Assembly (NCBI GenBank): GCA_028286725.1 | Contig: JAQBQZ010000009.1 | Location: 1,408 to 65,407, forward strand | Length of the DNA: 64,000 nucleotides | Direction: 5' to 3' | Origin: Candidatus Tayloriibacteriota bacterium | GTDB lineage: Bacteria; Patescibacteriota; Minisyncoccia; Phycocordibacterales; CAIRYW01 | In this document: piece after piece, positions 19,291 to 28,470 of the stretch | Layout of the letters: every line of letters starts with the position of its first letter | Numbering within the stretch: the stretch's first letter is position 1 | Notes under the pieces: model-generated | What the model was told of the DNA's origin: nothing | Database searches by the model: none | Seen by the model: only the letters and a program-made list of their open reading frames with translations | Translations under genes and position numbers: made by a program

Positions 19291-20199
19291 TTGTTTTTAA
19301 TTACAAAAGAGCTACAATTTATACAAATGTTTAAAGACTTTCCTTTAAAACAACTAGATACAAAAGATTTTCCTCGTCCACTTCGGGAGATTCCTCAGCC
19401 ACCAAAATCACTCTATATAAGAGGCCAGCTTCCCCACCCAGACTTCAAAAGACTTTGTGTTGTCGGCAGCCGCAAATACACCCCCTATGGCAAACAAGTC
19501 TGCGAGAAATTAATTGAGGGTCTCCGCGGTTATCCAGTCGCAATCGTCTCAGGTCTTGCGCTCGGTATTGATAGCATTGCACACGAGTCTGCACTCAAGG
19601 CGGGACTCCCGACAATTGCAGTCCCAGGTTCTGGACTCGGCGAGAATGTGTTGTATCCTCGATCAAATAGTGGCCTCGCATTCGATATTCTACGACATGA
19701 CGGATGTTTGTTTTCTGAATTTGAAGAACATTTCAAAGCGACCAATTATTCGTTTCCCCAAAGAAACAGAATCATGGCGGGACTTTCTGACGCGGTTCTT
19801 ATCATTGAAGCCGAGATCAAATCAGGGACACTCATCACTGCCAAACTCGCAACAGATTATAATCGCGATGTTCTCACGGTGCCTCAAAATATTTTCTCTT
19901 CGACCTCCGAGGGTCCAGTGATGCTCATGCGACTCGGGGCAACACTTATCGCAACAAGTGAGGATATTTTAGAAGCACTCCACATAGAAATCAAAGACAA
20001 AGAATTCAAAACCAAATCATTATTTCTCGATCTAAACGATGATGAAAAACTATTAGTCGAGACTCTCCGAATACCTCTTTCAAGAGATGAGATAATTTTA
20101 GAAACGAATTGGGATGCATCGAAGCTCGCACAGATCATGACACTACTTGAGATAAAAGGAGTCATAAAAGAAAATGGAGGTAGAGTGTATTTGTCATAA
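19291..20199 (+). CDS. dprA: DNA processing protein DprA/Smf
   Basis: Rossmann-like core VSGLALGIDSIAHESAL...GTLITA and a C-terminal winged-helix-like tail. The start is probably an internal Met near 19327. Confidence 0.85.
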   Translation: MFLITKELQFIQMFKDFPLKQLDTKDFPRPLREIPQPPKSLYIRGQLPHPDFKRLCVVGSRKYTPYGKQVCEKLIEGLRGYPVAIVSGLALGIDSIAHESALKAGLPTIAVPGSGLGENVLYPRSNSGLAFDILRHDGCLFSEFEEHFKATNYSFPQRNRIMAGLSDAVLIIEAEIKSGTLITAKLATDYNRDVLTVPQNIFSSTSEGPVMLMRLGATLIATSEDILEALHIEIKDKEFKTKSLFLDLNDDEKLLVETLRIPLSRDEIILETNWDASKLAQIMTLLEIKGVIKENGGRVYLS

Positions 20200-20490
20200 T
20201 TGTGTGATATATTGCCTTTGAAGGCACATTCCAGCCCAACACAACCTATGAAGATGCAAGCACAACCCAAGGTCAAAAAGGCAAAAACCACACTCTCCGC
20301 CAAATGCTCTGTCGAAGCCATCTGTGACATCAATTATCCAGGTGGCTCCCTCATCAAGCAAGGGACGAAAGGGACCATCAAAACAGCACATCCTACCCAA
20401 AAAAGGTACTGGCTGGTTCGCTGGAGCTCGTTACCTGGCCAGCCGCTTTCCACTGCGGAAAGCAATCTCGAAAAGAGTAAAAAAGCCTAG
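20200..20490 (+). CDS. hypothetical small basic protein
   Basis: 96-aa ORF (possible internal start MKMQAQ at 20248) immediately after dprA. It is GC-richer than its neighbours and has a weak downstream hairpin. Confidence 0.35.
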   Translation: MCDILPLKAHSSPTQPMKMQAQPKVKKAKTTLSAKCSVEAICDINYPGGSLIKQGTKGTIKTAHPTQKRYWLVRWSSLPGQPLSTAESNLEKSKKA

Positions 20491-20635
20491 GTACACTCAA
20501 CAGAACTCCGATTTAATCGGGGTTCTTTTTTATTTGAAATTTGCCATTTTGTAACTTTTGTTCTACCTTATAGATTATCCTTACTGAATTATATTGTTCT
20601 TCAATCCATAACAACAACTTAAATTCAATTTAAAA

Positions 20636-22921
20636 ATGAAACTACTAATCGTTGAGTCCCCAGCCAAAGCAAAGACAATCGAGAAATATCTCGACGGAGA
20701 ATACACAGTGCGCGCATCTGTGGGGCATGTTCGCGATCTCCCAAAAAGCAACAAGCTTGCAATAGATATTCCTGGAGGCTATGTCCCTCACTATGAGATC
20801 AGTGCCGGTAAAGAAAAAGTAATTGCGGAAATCAAAGCTCTTGCAAAAGATGCAACTGAAATAATACTCGCAACTGACCCCGACCGAGAAGGAGAAGCAA
20901 TCGCATGGCATATCGCTGAGCTCCTCAAAGGCAAAGATAAAGGGGCAAGAATAAAACGAGCAACATATACAGAGATCACAAAAGAAGCGATTGTCGCCGC
21001 TCTCAAACATCCACGAGAGATTGATCAAAATCTCCGAAAGGCTCAAGAGGCACGACGAGTACTTGATAGACTTGTGGGATACGATCTTTCGGGAATCATC
21101 TGGAAAAAAGTTCGTTACGGGCTTTCTGCTGGACGAGTACAATCCCCTGCATTACGTATCATAATGGAAAGAGAACGAGAGATTCGGGCTTTCAATCCTG
21201 AAGATTATTTCGTCATCACTGCAAACTTTGAAGATAAAGAAAATAAAGAGAAGCTTCTTTTGACTTGTGAAGAGGAGCCGAAAACAAAAGTTGATGCTGA
21301 AAAAATAGTTTCAAAATCAGAAAATGGAAACTGGTCTATCATTGATATCGAAAAAACAAATGTAAAGAGATCTCCAAAGGCGCCATTTTCGACTTCAACA
21401 ATCCAACAAACAGCGAGTACACGGCTTGGATTCTCTCCATCAAACACAATGCGTATTGCGCAGAAACTCTACGAAGCTGGACACATTACTTATATGCGAA
21501 CAGATAGTACAAACCTAAGTGAGACAGCACTCACAGCAATTGAATCGACGGTCAAAAAAGAATTTGGCGCAAGCTATTACGAAAAAAGAATCTTCGCGAC
21601 AAAATCAAAGAACGCTCAAGAAGCTCACGAAGCGATCCGTCCTGCTCACTTTGAAAAAGAAGTTGCAGGAAACAATGATGATGAAAAGAGACTCTACTCT
21701 CTCATTTGGACACGCGCAGTTGCAAGTCAGATGAAGGATGCTCAACTCAGTCGAACAAAGATAATTGCGAATATTGGAACTATGGATATTCCCAACTTCT
21801 CTACCGTAGGCTCTGTTATATCTTTCGACGGATGGCTGAAGTGTGATCCAAAAAGCGCAGGAGAAGACAATATTCTTCCCGAGGTTTCAAAAGATGACGC
21901 GCTCAAACTTCTCGACATCAATACGGAAGCAAAACAAACAACTCCTCCAAATAGATTTACCGAAGCAGGTCTCGTCAAAGAACTCGAAAAAAGAGGTATT
22001 GGACGACCTTCAACTTACGCGTCTATTATCAAGACTCTCGAAGATCGAGAATATGTGACCAAAGAAAACAAAGCGCTGAAGCCGACAGATACTGGAGACG
22101 TGGTTTCATCATTCCTTGAAGATAACTTTGGCGAATACATCAACGATACATTTACTGCAGGAATGGAAGACAAGCTCGATGATATTGCAAATGGGGATGC
22201 AGAATACGTAGCGACACTCAAATCTTTTTATGAACCACTCCATGAAGAAATAAAAATAAAAGAAAAACTCGACAAGGCAACCAATCTTGGAGACGCAGAT
22301 CCAAAATACAAATGTCCAAAATGTGGAGGCCCGATGACGATCAAGCTCTCTCGAGGAGGAAAATTCCTAAGCTGTGCCCGATATCCAGACTGTGATGGAG
22401 CACTCTCTATAGATGGACAAGAGATCAAAAAAGATGAGCCGATCGGAATTGATCCAGAGACGAAGCTTCCGATCTTTGTAAAAACAGGACGATATGGACC
22501 ATATGTTCAGCTCGGTGAGATGGTCAAAAAAGAAAAGGTAACTCCTAGGCCTAAAGATGCGAAAGGCAAAACAATCAAAAGAACCAAAGAAGAAATCGCT
22601 CTAGCCAAAGAAGCAAAAGCTAAAGCCGCACTTCTTCCAAAACCTCGAATGGCTAGTATTCCAAAAGAATATGACCCGACAAACATCACTCTCGATAACG
22701 CACTCAAATTCCTGACACTTCCTCGAATACTCGGAACGCACCCAGATACAGGAAAGAATATTATTGCGAACCGTGGAATGTTCGGGCCATATGTCATGCA
22801 TGATGGAGATTTTCGATCACTCAAAAAAGATGACGTTTATGAAGTAACATTTGATCGTGCACTCGAAATAATTCGTGAGCCAAAAGTGGTTGGCAGAAGA
22901 GGAAGGTTTAAGAAGAAATAA
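20636..22921 (+). CDS. topA: DNA topoisomerase I
   Basis: Toprim N-terminus MKLLIVESPAKAKTIEKYL, active-site region and a C-terminal Zn-ribbon CPKCGG...CARYPDCDG. 761 aa. Confidence 0.92.
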   Translation: MKLLIVESPAKAKTIEKYLDGEYTVRASVGHVRDLPKSNKLAIDIPGGYVPHYEISAGKEKVIAEIKALAKDATEIILATDPDREGEAIAWHIAELLKGKDKGARIKRATYTEITKEAIVAALKHPREIDQNLRKAQEARRVLDRLVGYDLSGIIWKKVRYGLSAGRVQSPALRIIMEREREIRAFNPEDYFVITANFEDKENKEKLLLTCEEEPKTKVDAEKIVSKSENGNWSIIDIEKTNVKRSPKAPFSTSTIQQTASTRLGFSPSNTMRIAQKLYEAGHITYMRTDSTNLSETALTAIESTVKKEFGASYYEKRIFATKSKNAQEAHEAIRPAHFEKEVAGNNDDEKRLYSLIWTRAVASQMKDAQLSRTKIIANIGTMDIPNFSTVGSVISFDGWLKCDPKSAGEDNILPEVSKDDALKLLDINTEAKQTTPPNRFTEAGLVKELEKRGIGRPSTYASIIKTLEDREYVTKENKALKPTDTGDVVSSFLEDNFGEYINDTFTAGMEDKLDDIANGDAEYVATLKSFYEPLHEEIKIKEKLDKATNLGDADPKYKCPKCGGPMTIKLSRGGKFLSCARYPDCDGALSIDGQEIKKDEPIGIDPETKLPIFVKTGRYGPYVQLGEMVKKEKVTPRPKDAKGKTIKRTKEEIALAKEAKAKAALLPKPRMASIPKEYDPTNITLDNALKFLTLPRILGTHPDTGKNIIANRGMFGPYVMHDGDFRSLKKDDVYEVTFDRALEIIREPKVVGRRGRFKKK

Positions 22922-22932
22922 AATGGGAAAAT

Positions 22933-22970
22933 AGTCCTCAAAATTCCAAAAGAATTTTGAGGACTATTTT
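22933..22970 (+). terminator. rho-independent terminator of topA
   Basis: AGTCCTCAAAATTCcaaaaGAATTTTGAGGACT followed by a T-run. Confidence 0.7.
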
Positions 22971-23442
22971 AAAAATGAAGTCGCTCCCTGGATATGAAGT
23001 CCGGGAGCAACGCAGGCACTGATGTTTCGCATCAGATTTTTGGTGAACAGTCAGGCTTCAAAGCCTCACGAAAGCAGAGCCCCATGAGAATAGCAGCAAC
23101 TGACACGGCACCAATGAGAAACCAAGGATCGGTGTTCATGGCTAATACAATAATATCCCTAAAATCTAAACTGTAAAGTTAAATTATAAATAACCGCCTC
23201 GGCTTCCGAGGCGGTTATTCAGATTCAATCAAACTCGATATTTTGCAGCCAACAAAACTAGGCTGAAAAAACCAAAGATGACTAATTGGACATACATTGG
23301 CACAATGCTTTCTCCTTGAGCAAATGCCAACAGAAGGTGCGAGAGTTTCATATTCTCGATTCTACTCCAACTTACAAATATGTAAAGCAGCACGGAGCCT
23401 ATGGCTCCGTGCTGCTTTCATTTTCCCATCACTCACACTTCC

Positions 23443-24471
23443 CTATACCGTAAAATTATTCAAATCGAACGATTCTTCTTCATCATTCTTGTCCTCTTTT
23501 GGCATATCATCGGTGAGCACTTTTTGTTCTTCTTCGGAAATATTTACATCATTTAGATTCGCCACAGGAAGCATCGAGCTATCAGTTATCGGCTCTAGTG
23601 TCACTGGAGCTACTGGAACTGCTTCAACACCTCCAACTTTTTGCTCCAAATTTTTCTTCAAGAGTTCAAGAATATTTCGAAGATCAACATCTGAGAAATA
23701 ATCAATATGAATCTTTCCACCGTCTTGAATTGATTCGATCTGCACACGAGTACCGAGCGCTTCTGTAAGTTTTTCTTCCATCTCAATGATCTCAGGTTTG
23801 ATCAAATATTCTTTCTTTCGAACTTTGTCTACTGCGATTCTTCGAGCAACACTTTCCGCTTCTCGCACCGTCATCTTACGCTGCATGATTTCACGGAAAA
23901 GCACCATCTGTTCCTGAGGTCTGTCATTAAGCATCATCAAAGGTCGAGTATGACCTTCGGAAATTTTCCCTACCGCGAGTGCTTGCTGAATCTCTTCTGG
24001 CATCTGAAGTAATCGCAAACTGTTAGAGACGTATTCACGACTCTTGCCGATCTTTTCTGCAATCTCGGTGTGCTTCAAATTAAATGTATCAACAAGCTGC
24101 TTGAATGATTTTGCACGATCGATAGCATTTAGATCTTCTCGCTGAAGATTCTCAATGATCGCAAGCTCGAGCTTTACTCGATCTGTCTGCTCGCCTGTTC
24201 GAATGATTGCTGGTACTTGAGTCAGTCCCGCGATCTTTGATGCCCGAAGTCGTCGCTCTCCAGAAATGAGTTCGTAGTCTACATACATGCTTCCATCTTC
24301 TCGAAATATTTCTTTTCGCGTCACTACCATTGGCTGAAGAATTCCATACTGGCGAATAGATGATGCGAGGTCTTTAAGCCGCGCTTCATCAAATTCCTTT
24401 CGTGGCTGAAATGGGTTAGGTTTGATCTTATCTGTCTCTATCCAAAAAATCGAGTTGTTGTAAAATTCCAT
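23443..24471 (-). CDS. parB: chromosome partitioning protein ParB/Spo0J with an acidic C-terminal extension
   Basis: ParB N-terminal box (IKPNPFQPRKEFDE...GILQPMVV...ISGERRLRA) and an HTH region. 342 aa. Confidence 0.88.
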   Translation of the reverse strand: MEFYNNSIFWIETDKIKPNPFQPRKEFDEARLKDLASSIRQYGILQPMVVTRKEIFREDGSMYVDYELISGERRLRASKIAGLTQVPAIIRTGEQTDRVKLELAIIENLQREDLNAIDRAKSFKQLVDTFNLKHTEIAEKIGKSREYVSNSLRLLQMPEEIQQALAVGKISEGHTRPLMMLNDRPQEQMVLFREIMQRKMTVREAESVARRIAVDKVRKKEYLIKPEIIEMEEKLTEALGTRVQIESIQDGGKIHIDYFSDVDLRNILELLKKNLEQKVGGVEAVPVAPVTLEPITDSSMLPVANLNDVNISEEEQKVLTDDMPKEDKNDEEESFDLNNFTV

Positions 24472-24593
24472 TCCGTTAAAAATTAATTAATAATATTTTA
24501 TTTCTATAAACATCATCATATCAGAAATTGCCACAAACCCGAAAGACAAATGGGATTGAAATAATCTAACTTTTGTAGTACTTTGTAGTCTCT

Positions 24594-24674
24594 GCCCGGG
24601 TGACGAAATGGTAAACGTACTCGACTCAAAATCGAGCGCCGCAAGGCTTGGGAGTTCAAGTCTCCCCCCGGGCA
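24594..24674 (+). tRNA. tRNA-Leu (anticodon CAA), long variable arm
   Basis: Acceptor GCCCGGG/CCCGGGC, anticodon stem-loop CTCGA-CTCAAAA-TCGAG, variable arm CGCCGCAAGGCTTG and T-loop GGAGTTCAAGTCTCC. Confidence 0.8.
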
Positions 24675-24729
24675 CAAAATACAAAAAACAGAGAAATAAT
24701 TTCTCTGTTTTTTGTATTTTGTGCCCGGG
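24667..24729. repeat. 63-bp perfect palindrome overlapping the tRNA-Leu(CAA) 3' end
   Basis: CCCGGGCACAAAATACAAAAAACAGAGAAAT / ATTTCTCTGTTTTTTGTATTTTGTGCCCGGG. It is followed by the short hairpin GAAAGTGCtaaacGCACTTTC and an inverted T-arm copy TGGGAGACTTGAA. Confidence 0.85.
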
Positions 24730-25099
24730 AGAAAGTGCTAAACGCACTTTCGTGGGAGACTTGAAAGGCGCAGGTATATTTCTTGTAGAAACAAGAAATA
24801 CCGAGCCGGGGTCGAGGAAATTTTGATTCGACGGAATCAAAATTATCCGTGACCAAGTCCCTCTCCACCTCTACCTCTACCTGTAAGTCTTAAATCCTAA
24901 ATGATACAATACAACCCTTTCCCCCCCACCCTCGCTATATCCCCCATCTGTGCTACACTTGCTACCTTATCCACTAATCACAAAAAACATGGACGAAACA
25001 ACTACAACAACAGCTACTCCAGTAGTAGCAGAAGAAGAAACTACAGTTCCTACAGAACCTACAACACCTGCACCAGCAGCTGATGAAGTAACTGCATAA

Positions 25100-26020
25100 T
25101 TGTATCTAAACTCTTTTACTCATATGCCAAAGGCAAAACCAAAGATAATATCGATAGTAGGCCCTACAGCGTCGGGTAAAAGTGATTTGGCCGTAATGCT
25201 CGCAAAGCAGTTCAAAGGTGAAGTAATCTCCGCCGATTCAAGACAAGTCTATACTGGACTCAATATTGGTTCAGGCAAGATAACAAAAAAAGAGATGATG
25301 GGTATTCCTCATCATCTTCTTGATGTTGTGAGTCCTAAGAAGGTCTTCACTGTCGCAAATTTCAAAAAACTAGCGAATGAAAAAATAAATGAGATTGTTG
25401 ATCACGGTCATATTCCCATACTTTGTGGCGGTACAGGATTCTATATCGACACAGTCACAAAAAATATTCTTCTCCCCGAAGTCCCACCAAACCAAGCCTT
25501 AAGAAAAAAGCTCGAGGTTTTGAGTCTCGAAAAACTCCAAAAGATGTTAATGAAGCTTGATCAAAAAAGATTCATATCAATTGATCTCAATAATAAAGTC
25601 CGACTCATTCGAGCGATCGAAATAACCAAAGCGCTCGGCAGCGTTCCAAAGATCAAAAGCAAACCTCTCTATGATGTACTCACGATCGGGATACTCTGGA
25701 ATCCAGAAAGTTTAAGAAAAAGAATCAATCTTCGATTACAAAAAAGAATAAAAATTGGAATGATAAATGAAGTAAAGAAACTCAAAAAAAGCGGAGTGTC
25801 TTGGAAGCGACTTGAATCTCTCGGACTCGAGTACAGATATGTTGCGCAATTCTTACAAAAGAAAATATCAAAAATAGAAATGATCGAAAAACTCCAATTT
25901 GAGATCTGGCACTATGCAAAACGACAAATGACATGGTTTCAGAAAGATATGGGTATCAAATGGATGCGACCGACCGAGAAAACAAAAATTAAAAAAGAAG
26001 TAAAAGAGTTTCTAAAATAG
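25100..26020 (+). CDS. miaA: tRNA dimethylallyltransferase
   Basis: P-loop IVGPTASGKS, then DSRQVY and CGGTGFY motifs. The probable start is MPKAK at 25124. Confidence 0.9.
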   Translation: MYLNSFTHMPKAKPKIISIVGPTASGKSDLAVMLAKQFKGEVISADSRQVYTGLNIGSGKITKKEMMGIPHHLLDVVSPKKVFTVANFKKLANEKINEIVDHGHIPILCGGTGFYIDTVTKNILLPEVPPNQALRKKLEVLSLEKLQKMLMKLDQKRFISIDLNNKVRLIRAIEITKALGSVPKIKSKPLYDVLTIGILWNPESLRKRINLRLQKRIKIGMINEVKKLKKSGVSWKRLESLGLEYRYVAQFLQKKISKIEMIEKLQFEIWHYAKRQMTWFQKDMGIKWMRPTEKTKIKKEVKEFLK

Positions 26021-26088
26021 AGGATCGGAACAGAACTGCAACATATTGACCTATAGTCCAACTGCGACTCGGACGATATGTACCCACA

Positions 26089-26245
26089 CTTTCCTTACAG
26101 GAACTGATCATGCATAAATTTCTACTGAAATTTTGCTCGACCCCGACTCGCGTCTTCGCGCTCTGCCTCTGAATTCTTCTAAGTATTCAGAATTCAGCAC
26201 CTTTTGGATCGAGTACTATCTCAAAAGATCTTGCAAAGCTCCACG
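26089..26245. repeat. copy R4 of a dispersed hairpin repeat family (inverted orientation, with about 95-nt nested insertion)
   Basis: Shares TTCCTTACAGGAAC...CACCTTTTGGATCGAGTACTATCTCAAAAGATCTTGCAAAGCTCC with copies at 28417, 39611 and 45988. The insertion itself carries GAATTCAG inverted repeats. Confidence 0.7.
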
Positions 26246-26949
26246 TATTCGCTTTTCACCTCGCTTGTTGGAATAACAACAACGCAGGTCCCCCGAAGGA
26301 AAACTGCGTTGCAGGCTGCTGGTGCTAACAAAACATTTTTTTCATGCCATTTTCGACTCAAAGAGCGAATGGTGGGCAGGATCAAAATGATCAATCAGAT
26401 CAGCGAGGGTGACACCGTATTTTGACAGGTGAAGCTTATCAAGCAAATCGACGAGCAAGAGCTCGCCAAGAGACTTCACAAGGCTTGGCCTGTTTTCGGA
26501 CGTTAAGAGCGATTCCATGTGTTGTTGGTAGCAGTCTGTAATTATTCACACTATTTGAATAATGTCAATAGTATATAAATGACAATGGCGCAGGTCCCCT
26601 GGTTGGAGGAGCCTGCGCCATATTTATCCATGACCTTTTACCACCGTGGTTTGTACTTCTGGGACCCAGGGCGTGCCTGTGGGCTACAGTGTCTCGCAGT
26701 GCGATCCACTTTAGGATTGGTGGCACCGATTGCCGCCAAAGATTGGGGGCATTTCAGTAAGCCTCGCTCATGCAGCCATTGCGCGGCTGCTTGAAAACCA
26801 GGTGATTTAAGATGATTGATGGGAGGAGCAGTGTTCATGTCAGGTGTTGTTGGTAACCGATATATATTATACATATTTATGTACAAATGTCAATATCAGA
26901 CCATTATTACCTAGATTAAATAGCCATATTCTGCTAGAATGCACTGCAT

Positions 26950-27020
26950 TGGGCGATTAGTTTAGTGGTAGAACAAGGCACTCCAAACGCCTAGGTGTAG
27001 GTTCGATTCCTACATCGCCC
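26950..27020 (+). tRNA. tRNA-Trp (anticodon CCA)
   Basis: Acceptor GGGCGAT/ATCGCCC, anticodon loop CTCCAAA and T-loop GGTTCGATTCC. Confidence 0.75.
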
Positions 27021-27204
27021 GCAGAAGGAGCGAAGCGACGACAAGGTTGATAGCAAGCAAACTGCTTTGCTTGCGTGTAGGAATCGAAAGGCTTTTTATT
27101 ATTTAATCGACTGCAAGGAGATTAAATTAAAAAGCACCCGCGACGGTAGTCGAGATTTCCTACATCGCCCGCAAATAATTTTTCAATTTTGATATAACGT
27201 ATCT

Positions 27205-27759
27205 ATGTCTGAACAATTAGAAATGTTAGAGGTGGTAGATGGGCTGGATAACATGATCGGTCTTGAAACTCGTAAAAAAATTCACAAGGACGGACTTCTT
27301 CATCGTGAAATACACATATTTTTTATAACTCCAAAAGGAGAAATCATCTTTCAACATAGAGCAAAAGACAAGGATACTTACCCTGATAAACTGGATGCGA
27401 CTGTGGCAGGACACGTTGAACCAAATATGTCTTACGAAGAAACTGCTATTAAAGAAACAAAAGAAGAGACTGGACTTGATATAAATTCAAAGGATTTAAT
27501 TGTGCTAGAAAAAATGAACCTTCGAGAAGTGGATGAGGCAACTGGACTAATCAACAATACCGTCCGTGTACAATATGCTTATTTATACAAGGGATTGGTT
27601 GAGGATCTAATTGTGGAAGAAGGTAAAGCTATTGGGTTTGAGCCATGGAATATGGATACTCTTTTTACACTTTCTAACAAGGATAAGAATAGATTTAAAC
27701 CCATCGTCATATCCAATAGATTTCTTCTTTTGTTTAAAAAGGCAAAGGACTTAATTTAA
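27205..27759 (+). CDS. NUDIX hydrolase, isopentenyl-diphosphate isomerase (type 1)-like
   Basis: DGLLHREIHIFF...QHRAKDK...PDKLDATVAGHVEPNMSYEETAIKETKEETG. This is a Nudix box arranged like IDI (HRAFS...CGHP...E...RR...EElG). Confidence 0.5.
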   Translation: MSEQLEMLEVVDGLDNMIGLETRKKIHKDGLLHREIHIFFITPKGEIIFQHRAKDKDTYPDKLDATVAGHVEPNMSYEETAIKETKEETGLDINSKDLIVLEKMNLREVDEATGLINNTVRVQYAYLYKGLVEDLIVEEGKAIGFEPWNMDTLFTLSNKDKNRFKPIVISNRFLLLFKKAKDLI

Positions 27760-27765
27760 CCCAAA

Positions 27766-27798
27766 AGAAAAAACCACCAAAAGGTGGTTTTTTCTTTT
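27766..27798. terminator. bidirectional terminator (NUDIX gene and rpmG)
   Basis: AAAAAACCACCaaaaGGTGGTTTTTT. Confidence 0.75.
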
Positions 27799-27802
27799 GA
27801 AA

Positions 27803-27958
27803 TTATTTCTTCGCTTCTTTGAAAGTGATGTGCTTTCGGAGTTTCTTTGAGAATTTCTTGAGCTCAATCTTTCTCTGGACACCCTTTTTGTTCTTTCGAG
27901 AGTAGTATACCTCGCCTGTTTCTTTGTTTTTTAATATAAGTAGATTATCCTGTGACAT
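27803..27958 (-). CDS. rpmG: 50S ribosomal protein L33
   Basis: 51-aa ORF MSQDNLLILKNKETGEVYYSRKNKKGVQRKIELKKFSKKLRKHITFKEAKK. It matches the L33 pattern (Y-T-KNK-N...LELKKY...LRKH...KE-K). It is absent from the ORF track because it is under 60 aa. Confidence 0.8.
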   Translation of the reverse strand: MSQDNLLILKNKETGEVYYSRKNKKGVQRKIELKKFSKKLRKHITFKEAKK

Positions 27959-28067
27959 ATATGTATTTATTTAATGTCTGATGATTATAGCTCAATATAT
28001 CCAAAAAAGCAATTCGAGCCTTAATTGTTTACTCACCCCCCTTTTTGTGATATTCTCTATCGATAAT

Positions 28068-28150
28068 GCGTAGGTGGTAGAGCGGTCAATTACAAGAGAC
28101 TGTAAATCTCTCGCCTTCGGGCTACACAGGTTCGAATCCTGTCCTACGCA
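28068..28150 (+). tRNA. tRNA-Tyr (anticodon GTA), long variable arm
   Basis: Acceptor GCGTAGG/CCTACGC, anticodon stem-loop AGAGA-CTGTAAA-TCTCT and T-loop GGTTCGAATCC. Confidence 0.75.
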
Positions 28151-28209
28151 CAAAATATGAAAAAACCTGAAGCAAGTTTGCTTCAGGTTTTTTCATATTT
28201 TGTGCGTAG
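28144..28209. repeat. 66-bp perfect palindrome overlapping the tRNA-Tyr 3' end
   Basis: CTACGCACAAAATATGAAAAAACCTGAAGCAAG / TTGCTTCAGGTTTTTTCATATTTTGTGCGTAG. Followed by GAAAGTGCtaaatGCACTTTT and GGACAGGATTTGAAGCC (inverted T-arm-like). Two more degenerate direct copies of the tRNA 3' half lie at 28311-28330 and 28380-28399. Confidence 0.85.
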
Positions 28210-28416
28210 AGAAAGTGCTAAATGCACTTTTGGACAGGATTTGAAGCCCGATTGAGCATAATTTGTGAGGTATCGAAACAAATTATCCAATCGGGATATT
28301 GACCCTGTAAGGGTCGAATATCCTGTCTGATCGAACGGAGAGTAAGATATTTGTGATCAAATACTATCAATCTAGTCGAGGTCGAAACTCCTGTCCTGAT
28401 TTTTACTTCTTCTCTT

Positions 28417-28470
28417 CCTTACAGGAACAGTACACCTTTTGGATTGACTACAATCTCAAAAGGTCTTGCG
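28417..28470. repeat. copy R1 of the dispersed hairpin repeat family (abuts/overlaps the clpB 3' end)
   Basis: CCTTACAGGAACAGTACACCTTTTGGATTGACTACAATCTCAAAAGGTCTTGCGC is the reverse complement of the core seen at 45988-46057 and 39611-39675. Confidence 0.75.

Noticed and set aside
24487-24868. ORFs 24487..24840, 24608..24826 and 24656..24868
   Set aside because: They run across the tRNA-Leu(CAA) gene and its palindromic module and have no protein-like features.
26204-26886. ORFs 26204..26425, 26579..26794 and 26638..26886
   Set aside because: They lie in the GC-rich hairpin-dense non-coding stretch, are mutually overlapping in different frames and lack motifs. The region is treated as non-coding or structured RNA.
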